This document shows positions 28,249 through 35,817 of a stretch of DNA of 46,838 nt, piece by piece; the stretch's first letter is position 1; each line of letters opens with the position of its first letter. The notes under the pieces are model-generated. The model saw only the letters and a list, made by a program, of their open reading frames with translations. It made no database searches and was not told the origin of the DNA. The DNA is from a virus. Taxonomy: Duplodnaviria; Heunggongvirae; Uroviricota; Caudoviricetes. A program made the position numbers and the translations under genes. The stretch covers positions 1-46,838 of IMG/VR virus record IMGVR_UViG_3300008085_000025; one strand, written 5' to 3'.

Positions 28249-28442
28249 ACAAGTTGTTTGTCCCGTAACGAAGGGGATTTGTTTGAGGAAATGTGGAACA
28301 ATGGGTTGAGTGAAGGTTCTCCAATGAATTCTATAAAGATCTCTTGGGACACCGTCCCATATAGAGACGAAGAGTTTAAACGACGCACGATTGACGCTAT
28401 AGGCTTAGACCAGTGGAATAAAGAGTATGAGTTTTGGGTGTA

Positions 28443-28717
28443 GAGCATGGCTATAAGAAACTGGTAACTTTTGTGGATCGTAGATGGTCTACTGGAGATT
28501 TGTATACACAAATAGTTTCATTTTATCTAAGTCAATTGAACCGGATTATTATTTCTGCAAAAACGACATACGCCTACACAAATTCAATCTGAGAAACTCC
28601 CCATCTGAAATAAACAAAGATTGTTCCATAAACGAGGCAGCAATGGCTTTGGGGTATTTAAAAATTTGGGATTGCGGTAAATTAAAATTCGAAAAAGTGT
28701 TGTTGCCAAGGTCATAG
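28443..28717 (+). pseudogene. Frameshifted C-terminal remnant of a Hef-like homing endonuclease
   Basis: Frame 28443 KLVTFVDRRWSTGDLYTQI, a 1-nt loss at about 28515, then frame 28484 FILSKSIEPDYYF...RLHKFNLR...GYLKIWDCGKLKFE. Confidence 0.75.
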
Positions 28718-28729
28718 AATTTATATAGA

Positions 28730-28737
28730 ACTAAATA
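28730..28737 (+). promoter_or_regulatory. Late promoter variant ACTAAATA
   Basis: Upstream of TerL. Confidence 0.5.
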
Positions 28738-28748
28738 ATTGAGATGAC

Positions 28749-31700
28749 TTGTCCCATTTGTTTATGAGTAGAAGAAGTAACCCAAGACTTAAAAAAGCTT
28801 TCTCCGAGCAGTCCTATACAGTAGAACAAGCACAAGAGTTAATGAAATGTGCCAGAGACCCGGTTTATTTCATTACAAACTATGTGTTTATCAAACACCC
28901 GGTTAGGGGACAGATCAAGTTCTCCATGTATGATTATCAACAAAATATGGTCAGACAATTTGAAAAGAATAGATACAATATTGTTCTAGCATCTAGACAG
29001 GTTGGTAAGACTGAAACATCTGCGGCATATCTACTCTGGTACGCCCTATTCAACGAAGAGAAGATGGTGTTGATTCTTTCCAATAAATCCGATGGCGCTA
29101 AAGAGATTATATCCAAGATTCAAAACGCTTATGAAGAATTGCCACATTGGCTGAAGCCGGGGATCGATGATGATTCTTGGAATAAGCATGAATGTAGGTT
29201 TGACAACAAGTCTAGAATTCTTGCTGGTGCCACTTCTGCCGATTCTGCCCGTGGTCTTGCTATCAGTCTTTTGTATCTTGACGAGTTCGCATTTGTAAAG
29301 ACACACTTACAGGAAGAGTTCTGGACTTCGGTTTTACCAACTCTATCTTGTTTGTCGGGTGATACTTTAATCTTTACACAAGACGGTTTGAAAGAAATAG
29401 AAGAATTCCACAAGGAAAAAAATGTGGGAGACTATTTTGAGATAAAAGGCTTGGCCACATGGGGGATCGGTGGAAGAGAACGTGTTTCCCATGGTTATGT
29501 TAGTCCGGAATCTGAAACCCAAATCATTACAAATCTTTGGGGGATGGAGGTGGAAGCCACGCTCAAACACCCGTTTTGGGTTGCTGGGCCGGATGGTCCA
29601 TTCATGAAACCCAATCAAGAATTATCAGAAAAAGACTATATTCGTGTAGATTCTGGAATGAACATGTGGGGTAATAACACATTGAAACCAGAGCATGCAT
29701 ATATGCTAGGTGGTTATATTGCAGAGGGTTGGACGCAGAAGAAACACACAACAGGTAAAGCATACAGTATTCTGGTCTCGAATACAGATGACGAATTCAG
29801 AGATGTATATTTAAACTCTAATTTGATAAAGGAATTTACACAACATAGTCAAGAATCTCATAAGTTGGTTTGTAGTTCTCTAGAGTTGGTAGAAACTTTT
29901 GAGAGTTGGGGCGTTGACGTATACGCGAAATGTTACGAGAAAACCACCCCAAAGACTATTTTTACTAGTTCTAAAGATACCGTAACAAACTATTTAGCAG
30001 GACTTTTCGATGGAGACGGCTCCATTACAGATCGTTCTATAAACTTAACAAGCACCAGCAAGAAGTTGCTAAAAGAAACACAATTATTACTATTGAATAT
30101 GGGAATCATCAGTAGAGTATATATTAATGATGGTACTAAAAAGAGGCCAAGAAGAATCGCCAAAAACAACAGTGTTACTCAAACCTGTAGAGACTCGTAT
30201 TCTCTCAATATACCGTTGTCGCAGTATGAGTTGTTTAAACAAAACATACCCATACGAATACAAAGAAAAATCGATAAACTAAATCACATCATTTCAAATA
30301 GAAAGCAAGATGACTACAAACAGTTCACAATCCCTTGTGATGTTATTACACCAACAATAAGAAAGATTTTGAAAGAATGCAATCTTACGATAGGAAGAGC
30401 GAGAACCGAGTATAACATTCGCTTGGATAAAATACTGGACGGGAAATCTGGTAGAGTCTGTACCAACCAAAAATTTAATCTATTTTCCGATATGGTGAAA
30501 AAAGAAAATAGTGTTGTTTGGGAAAAACATAAATCATTTTGGGATGGATATTTGGTGAAAACCTCATGGGTGAAAATAAAAAAAATGACTCCGTCTTATC
30601 AGAAAAAGACCTATGATTTTACTGTTCCCGGATCACATTCATTTTTACAGTCCGGGTTCATGGGGTCAAATACAGGTGGTTCATGTATCATTTCAAGCAC
30701 CCCAAATGGCAACAGCAATCGATTTGCACAAATGTGGAGAGAGGCAAACAATGATGGGGAATTTGTTCCTACACATGTTCCGTGGAACGCTCCTCCGGGT
30801 CGAGATGAAGATTTCAAAAAGCAACAGATTAGCATCCTTGGAAAAAGAAAATGGCTTCAAGAGTATGAGTGTTGTCATGGAGATACATTAATTGAGCTTT
30901 CTAATTCAGATGGTACTAGGTTTGTCAAGGTGCCAATTTGCATGGCTTACGAGGCATTGGAACGGGACGTTGATATATTTGACATGAATCCCGGAATTCT
31001 TACAGGAAAGTATGTAGTTTCCCCACTAGACGGGAAAAAATATTGTAGATGTAACGGCCAATTTTTTAAACATATAAAAAGCTACGGTTATTGTTCGTAT
31101 CAAGATTTTTTTGAATCATTATTTCCGGCCCACATAAAGTATTGCGGTTGTGGTAATAGGGCCAGTTTCAAGAATGCATCAATGTCGTACTATAGTGGAT
31201 GTGGCGAAATATTCTGTAGGAATAGAAATATATCATCTAGGAAGAAAAAGTTCACGAAAAAAGACTGGCAGGTTGTCGCAGACCGGTATAGAAAAACAAT
31301 GTCTAAAAAAGAACCAGATGAAATAAGAGAGATTATAGAGCGAAGAACGAAAAATGGACACGCGAATTGCAGCTACAAAAAATCGGTAACCAAGAGGCGA
31401 AAAACCTGTACTGAACGCCATGGTAGTTCCGTTTATAATAATCCTAGCAAAATATCTTATACCAAGAAAAATTGGACAAAAGAAAAAAAGGAAGAATTTT
31501 TGTCAAGACTCAAGGAGTCTCTCGGCGGGAGATGGTTGAATGACTATCATGACGAAAAAATGTATAAAAGACGGAGAAAAACTTTAGAAGAAAGTGGGAG
31601 TGTTGTCCCAATAGAAGCATTATCCGAGTGGGAGTTGTATCGAAATGAAGTTCGAAATCTCACAAAAAGGAATTACAGAAAATTCAAAAAGATTATTAAT

Positions 31701-31892
31701 CCAAATAATTTGCCTAGAGGAAACGGAAGAGGCAAATATCATCTCGATCATATAATTCCCGTTTTATACGGTTTTTTGAATGATGTCCCTGTAGAAGAAA
31801 TGGCCGGTGTGGATAACTTACAAATGTTGTTGGATAAAGATAACAGGAAGAAATCGTATAAGTACGAGGGGGTATACGATGGTCAAGAATGA
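28749..31892 (+). CDS. gp17: Terminase large subunit, N-terminal (ATPase) part: extein, cis intein, split-intein N-half, HNH endonuclease
   Basis: KCARDPVYF, ASRQVGKT (Walker A), LYLDEFAF (Walker B), SSTPNG, QEYE; start may be ATG 28764. Confidence 0.95.
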   Translation: MSHLFMSRRSNPRLKKAFSEQSYTVEQAQELMKCARDPVYFITNYVFIKHPVRGQIKFSMYDYQQNMVRQFEKNRYNIVLASRQVGKTETSAAYLLWYALFNEEKMVLILSNKSDGAKEIISKIQNAYEELPHWLKPGIDDDSWNKHECRFDNKSRILAGATSADSARGLAISLLYLDEFAFVKTHLQEEFWTSVLPTLSCLSGDTLIFTQDGLKEIEEFHKEKNVGDYFEIKGLATWGIGGRERVSHGYVSPESETQIITNLWGMEVEATLKHPFWVAGPDGPFMKPNQELSEKDYIRVDSGMNMWGNNTLKPEHAYMLGGYIAEGWTQKKHTTGKAYSILVSNTDDEFRDVYLNSNLIKEFTQHSQESHKLVCSSLELVETFESWGVDVYAKCYEKTTPKTIFTSSKDTVTNYLAGLFDGDGSITDRSINLTSTSKKLLKETQLLLLNMGIISRVYINDGTKKRPRRIAKNNSVTQTCRDSYSLNIPLSQYELFKQNIPIRIQRKIDKLNHIISNRKQDDYKQFTIPCDVITPTIRKILKECNLTIGRARTEYNIRLDKILDGKSGRVCTNQKFNLFSDMVKKENSVVWEKHKSFWDGYLVKTSWVKIKKMTPSYQKKTYDFTVPGSHSFLQSGFMGSNTGGSCIISSTPNGNSNRFAQMWREANNDGEFVPTHVPWNAPPGRDEDFKKQQISILGKRKWLQEYECCHGDTLIELSNSDGTRFVKVPICMAYEALERDVDIFDMNPGILTGKYVVSPLDGKKYCRCNGQFFKHIKSYGYCSYQDFFESLFPAHIKYCGCGNRASFKNASMSYYSGCGEIFCRNRNISSRKKKFTKKDWQVVADRYRKTMSKKEPDEIREIIERRTKNGHANCSYKKSVTKRRKTCTERHGSSVYNNPSKISYTKKNWTKEKKEEFLSRLKESLGGRWLNDYHDEKMYKRRRKTLEESGSVVPIEALSEWELYRNEVRNLTKRNYRKFKKIINPNNLPRGNGRGKYHLDHIIPVLYGFLNDVPVEEMAGVDNLQMLLDKDNRKKSYKYEGVYDGQE
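29349..30671 (+). mobile_element. Cis intein (441 aa) with LAGLIDADG homing endonuclease
   Basis: PTLS|CLSGDT; block B TLKH; LGGYIAEG and LAGLFDGDG; YDFTV...GSN|TGG; splicing restores PTLSTGGSCIISSTPNG. Confidence 0.93.
30870..30968 (+). mobile_element. Split-intein N-fragment (about 33 aa, block A only)
   Basis: QEYE|CCHGDTLIEL...VPICMAYEALERD; the C-terminal limit is approximate because it runs into the HNH domain. Confidence 0.8.
30984..31892 (+). mobile_element. HNH homing endonuclease fused in frame to the split-intein N-half
   Basis: Cys-rich N-terminus (CRC, CGCG...C...C), basic KRRKTC.ERHG segment, C-terminal YHLDHIIP...NLQML...DNRKK. Confidence 0.8.
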
Positions 31893-32208
31893 TAAGGGAT
31901 GGAAGATACTCGCGAAAAACGGATTCGAATCTTTTGCCGGTATAGCCAATCAGGGTAAGAAGGAAATATTGGAAATTCGGTTTACAGACAAAACTTCGGT
32001 TAAGGTTTCGCTCGACCATGTACTGTTTAGCTTAGATTGTGAAGAAGTGTCGGCTAAAACTATAGTTTCAGGGGATAAAGTTCTTTCCACTGACCCAAAA
32101 CACCCAAAAACTGTTCAGGATGTTTTCGAAATAGATGGTGCAGAAACTTTTGATATTATAGAAACTGAAAGCAATACATATTTTTCAAACGGAATATTGA
32201 GTCATAAC
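31879..32208 (+). mobile_element. Split-intein C-fragment (blocks B, F, G)
   Basis: KILAKNGF..F.GI, block B SLDH, FDII, YFSNGILSHN|C(+1). Confidence 0.9.
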
Positions 32209-33009
32209 TGCCACTTTCTTTCATCAGACGTAACGTTGATTGACAACTTTGCACTCACCCAAATAGAGAAAAAGCTCGACGATTTATACAAGTCCAATGG
32301 TGGTGAGCCTATTATTGAAATGACGGTGGCTGACGTAGATTTTTTCAAAAAGCCCAAGAAGTCTCTCGCTTATATTGTCAGTGTTGACGTAAGTACGGGG
32401 TCTGGTAAGGACTATTCTGTAATACAAATAACCGAGTTCCCTACAATGCAGCAAGTTGGTCAGTTTAGGTCTAATCAGACTTCGGAAAAGTTTTTGTATT
32501 CAAAGTTGAAGAATATACTATTGTTCTTGGAACAGAACAGTAAAGAGGTATATTTTTCCGTAGAAAACAACGGTGTGGGGTCTAGCATTTTAGCGATGTA
32601 TGAATTCGATGATAGGCCGCCGACTAAGTCATATTTGATATCAGATTCCATAGGGAACAGGTTGGGTATAACAATGTCAGAGCAGGTAAAAAGGCGCACT
32701 GCATTGAAACTAAAATCCATGGTGGAGACTGAAGCCTACAAAATTCTTTGTCCTGTTTTAATTAACGAATTCAAAAATTACACAAGACAGGGCGCAACTT
32801 TCAAAGCTGAAGCAGGTGCGACGGATGACATCATTGCTTCTTTGTTGATCATGGTTCGAATTTTAGAAGAAATGGCAGATTTCAACCCATACGCATATGA
32901 GAAAGTTTATAACGCGAAGGGATATGATGATAAACAGGATGAATGGGAAGAAACTTTTGTAGAAAACCCGAATAGTCTGGATGATGCACCAATGCCTATT
33001 GTATTTTGA
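31879..33009 (+). CDS. gp17: Terminase large subunit, C-terminal (nuclease) part, preceded by a 110-aa split-intein C-fragment
   Basis: GAGG SD and ATG 31879; after SHN|CHFL come VDVSTGSGKDYS, VENNGVG and DDII RNase-H-like nuclease motifs. Confidence 0.92.
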   Translation: MVKNDKGWKILAKNGFESFAGIANQGKKEILEIRFTDKTSVKVSLDHVLFSLDCEEVSAKTIVSGDKVLSTDPKHPKTVQDVFEIDGAETFDIIETESNTYFSNGILSHNCHFLSSDVTLIDNFALTQIEKKLDDLYKSNGGEPIIEMTVADVDFFKKPKKSLAYIVSVDVSTGSGKDYSVIQITEFPTMQQVGQFRSNQTSEKFLYSKLKNILLFLEQNSKEVYFSVENNGVGSSILAMYEFDDRPPTKSYLISDSIGNRLGITMSEQVKRRTALKLKSMVETEAYKILCPVLINEFKNYTRQGATFKAEAGATDDIIASLLIMVRILEEMADFNPYAYEKVYNAKGYDDKQDEWEETFVENPNSLDDAPMPIVF

Positions 33010-33015
33010 TAAATA
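33008..33015 (+). promoter_or_regulatory. Late promoter variant GATAAATA
   Basis: Upstream of 33038. Confidence 0.6.
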
Positions 33016-33037
33016 GAAAAGACCCCAACCGAATATT

Positions 33038-33595
33038 ATGAAACTGAAATCCCTTTTCGAAAGAACCATGAATTCTTTAGTCACTGTCACTCGTCAAAAT
33101 TTTGGAGGTGGTAGGGATGATCGGTCGCACGTGGTCCAGATAAATAATGTTAGGTATATACCGTCTGTTCAACAGGGGTGGCTTGAGGTCCGATGCGATA
33201 CTACAAGTACCAACAGTGGAAACACTTACGAAACAGTTATTCGGTTTGATGGTGTTAAGTATATCGGAAAAGAAGAATTTAATTCTTCGGTAAATGATCC
33301 TTCAATGCAGGTGGTTGATTTAACTGGAACGGATGGAAATTTGTATTATGCTAGATATGACAATGCCAGATCGTTGGATGTTCAAGTAAGGTGTACTTGC
33401 GAGGATTTTAGATGGAGGTTTGCTCCATACAACCATGGCGATGGTAGTTTGCATGGAAACCCACCACCCGTGTACAGTAAGAAAACTAATAGACCTCCCG
33501 TTAATCCAACACGAAGTCCGGGCGTCTGTAAACATTTAAGAAAGCTAAAGACCGTATTAGAAAGAGAAGATTTTTTCAAATTGTTGTTGAATTAA
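33038..33595 (+). CDS. SWIM-type zinc-finger protein
   Basis: VRCTCEDF...CKH; late promoter at 33008; N-terminus MKLKSLFE. Confidence 0.7.
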   Translation: MKLKSLFERTMNSLVTVTRQNFGGGRDDRSHVVQINNVRYIPSVQQGWLEVRCDTTSTNSGNTYETVIRFDGVKYIGKEEFNSSVNDPSMQVVDLTGTDGNLYYARYDNARSLDVQVRCTCEDFRWRFAPYNHGDGSLHGNPPPVYSKKTNRPPVNPTRSPGVCKHLRKLKTVLEREDFFKLLLN

Positions 33596-33615
33596 AAGTT
33601 TTAAGACTCTAAACT
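33587..33615 (+). promoter_or_regulatory. Possible sigma70-type promoter TTGAAT-N17-TAAACT for the SSB/recombination genes
   Basis: 17-nt spacing, upstream of gp32. Confidence 0.45.
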
Positions 33616-33708
33616 GCAACAATGAAAAAAGAGGCACATGGGGTGCCTACAAGAACGATCCAAAAGATCAACAAGAAAGCAAAGCTAAGAACCTAAAGGA
33701 GAAAAAGC

Positions 33709-34548
33709 ATGCCTAAGAAATCAATGAAAGAAATTCGAGCACTCGCCAAGAAAAAAGTGTCTGGTGAAGAACGCAATACCAAACGCTACAATCCAGACGT
33801 ATACCCGTTTTGGAAGATGAACGAGGGTGAAGTAGCAACAGTAAGATTCCTCCCGGACAAGAATACAGACAATGATTTTCCTCTAGTAGAAAGATTAGAC
33901 AACTGGCTTACCATAGACGGTAAGAAGAGAAGAATCACAAGCCCCAAAACATTCGACCCCAAAGCGAGATGTCCTATTGCGGAACTATCCGCAAAGTACT
34001 ATGATGCGGGAGACGAAGAGAATGGCAAATATTACTACAGAAGTGCAACACATTTAGCTAGAGCATTGGTAATTTCTGACCCTCTTCCACCCGATCCAGA
34101 AACCGGCGAAACTTATAAAGGTAAGGTTGTCACCCTACAGTTGGGTTATCAGCTTTACACCAAGTTTATGGAAGACCTTGGAAACGTTTTCGATGATGAT
34201 GATGCTCTACCATGGGATTTAGAAGAAGGTTTTAATTTCAATCTTAAGAAAATCACCAACAAAGGCGGACAGGCCAAGTGGGACTCTTCTTCCTACTTCG
34301 ACCGCAAACCTTCCCCTATTCCGGACGAATATCTTGAGAACATAGAATTGATCGACTTGCGGGAACTCCTAGGAGAGCCCATTACTTATGATGAAGTGAA
34401 CGAACTCCTAGCCCAGCACCTAAACGGTTCTGTGGATAAAGATGGGGATGACGATCTAGACAAGAAGAGGGTTGGTACACAGAATTCCGAAAAGTCTTCT
34501 AAGAGGGCAGCAGCCCTAGCTAGGTTGAAGGGAGAAGATGTGTCTTAA
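33709..34548 (+). CDS. gp32: Single-stranded DNA-binding protein (T4 gp32-like); acidic tail lies beyond an in-frame TAA
   Basis: ATVRFLPD, CPIAE, YYRS, GFNFNLK, WDSSSYF; AGGAG SD; upstream of uvsX. Confidence 0.88.
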   Translation: MPKKSMKEIRALAKKKVSGEERNTKRYNPDVYPFWKMNEGEVATVRFLPDKNTDNDFPLVERLDNWLTIDGKKRRITSPKTFDPKARCPIAELSAKYYDAGDEENGKYYYRSATHLARALVISDPLPPDPETGETYKGKVVTLQLGYQLYTKFMEDLGNVFDDDDALPWDLEEGFNFNLKKITNKGGQAKWDSSSYFDRKPSPIPDEYLENIELIDLRELLGEPITYDEVNELLAQHLNGSVDKDGDDDLDKKRVGTQNSEKSSKRAAALARLKGEDVS

Positions 34549-34698
34549 GGAGAAGGGTTCGATGATGTTCCCGACTTTGATGATAGCACTGGATCTTCGG
34601 ACGATGGTGACGACAGAACAGAGGCTGCTGATGACGATGACGGTGACGATCTAAGTGATCTTCAAAACTTGATTCGGAATAGAAGAAAGTCTGCTTGA
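34549..34698 (+). other. In-frame 49-codon acidic tail of the SSB after the stop codon
   Basis: GEGFDDVPDFDD...DDDDGDDLSDLQNLIRNRRKSA*; same frame as gp32; no in-frame ATG. Confidence 0.75.
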
Positions 34699-34733
34699 GT
34701 TTCAACCATCAAATAGATTGTTAAAATCGGACC

Positions 34734-34760
34734 AAGCCTATATCCTAGATATAGGCTTTT
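34734..34760 (+). terminator. Probable rho-independent terminator
   Basis: AAGCCTATATC-CTA-GATATAGGCTT-TT; it follows the acidic tail rather than the TAA at 34548. Confidence 0.75.
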
Positions 34761-34788
34761 CCTTTATCAAAAAACTAAGGAGATAATA

Positions 34789-35817
34789 ATGAGTAAAAGC
34801 AAATTTATGAAATCGATGGACGCCCGTGGAAAGCTTGACGGGGTTAATGTTCATTCGGCACCACCCCGCCTTTGGCTGAGTACGGGAAATTGTGCAGTGA
34901 ACAAGGTCATATCGGGAAAATTTTATAGAGGATACGCTGGAGGAAGACTAGCTATGATCACAGGTCCATCTGATTCGGGAAAGAGTTTTCTTGCAATGTC
35001 TGCTGCGGTACAGGCACAAAAAAATGGATACGGCGTGTTCATTGTGGATAGTGAAAACGCCATAGACGACAACTACATGGAAGCCGTTGGATTGGATCTA
35101 GAAGACGAGTTGTTGATGTACAACAGTGTCAATTCCTTAGAATCTGGGAAAAAGTTGATCTCTGAATTCATTCAAGAATACAGGGCTAACAAAGAAGACC
35201 TTCCTCCGTTCCTTCTTTTGATTGATAGCTTAGATGAGCTAAGAACAAAAGCCCATGTTGAAAAAGAAGAAAAGGGTGTAATACACAATGATCAAGGCCA
35301 GAAGGCCAAACAATTGAAACAATTGGGTGGTGATATAATGCATGAGATTCGAGATCTTGATATTTTTTGCGTTGCCACTAAGCAACCATACCAAAATCAA
35401 GATCTTATCATGAAGAAGGTTGATCCGTATATCATAACTGAGTCTATGAAGTTTCCATTTTCTCAGATTGTTATGTTAACAAATCGTCGAGTCAAGGATG
35501 CAAAGACCAAGACTGTTGAGGGTATTGCTTTGAACGTACTGGGGTATAAAACTCGTTTTGCTAAGCCTCGTCAGAAGGTGACGATTGAAGTACCATACGA
35601 TACGGGCATTGATCCGTACAACGGTTTGTTGGACATAGCGGAGAGCTTGGGGGTAATTTCTAAATCTGGGGCATGGTATTCATATAAAGATGATAAGTTT
35701 CAAACCAAATCGGCAGATGAAGAAACCCTAAATAAAATATTACAAGACCTCATCGAATTAGATGATAATGGTGATCATTTTATTGATACATTGAACGAAG
35801 AGGAGTCAGATGACTAA
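34789..35817 (+). CDS. uvsX: RecA-like recombinase (UvsX)
   Basis: WLSTG...N.VISG, Walker A GPSDSGKS, DSENA, Walker B LIDSL. Confidence 0.93.
   Translation: MSKSKFMKSMDARGKLDGVNVHSAPPRLWLSTGNCAVNKVISGKFYRGYAGGRLAMITGPSDSGKSFLAMSAAVQAQKNGYGVFIVDSENAIDDNYMEAVGLDLEDELLMYNSVNSLESGKKLISEFIQEYRANKEDLPPFLLLIDSLDELRTKAHVEKEEKGVIHNDQGQKAKQLKQLGGDIMHEIRDLDIFCVATKQPYQNQDLIMKKVDPYIITESMKFPFSQIVMLTNRRVKDAKTKTVEGIALNVLGYKTRFAKPRQKVTIEVPYDTGIDPYNGLLDIAESLGVISKSGAWYSYKDDKFQTKSADEETLNKILQDLIELDDNGDHFIDTLNEEESDD

Larger units (their letters stand above)
27474..28443 (+). pseudogene. Degenerate, interrupted paralog of the TerL ATPase domain
   Basis: GPRASGITT (Walker A), LFVDDF (Walker B), IILGST (motif III) in 27508-28080; FEEMW...WDTVPYRDEEFK...IG..QWNKEYE in the same frame at 28261-28443; N-terminus from ATG 27474 is out of frame at a G10 run. 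Confidence 0.8.

Noticed and set aside
28030-28260. Canonical group I intron in the TerL paralog
   Set aside because: I could not identify P7 (R/S) or a full P3-P8 core by eye; GATATAG is only a partial S-like match. Kept only as an alternative in the finding.
28168-28260. N-terminal third of track ORF 28168-28443 (MCSRPKLFHRASRSRNPLPKVRGGGVE) as real protein
   Set aside because: It reads through the IS-like hairpin and G10; TerL similarity begins only at about 28261.
34562-34654. 30-aa ORF MMFPTLMIAL... behind a perfect TAAGGAG SD
   Set aside because: Its ATGs arise from the +1 frame of GAT-GAT Asp codons in the SSB acidic tail; the tail frame explains the composition better. It cannot be fully excluded.
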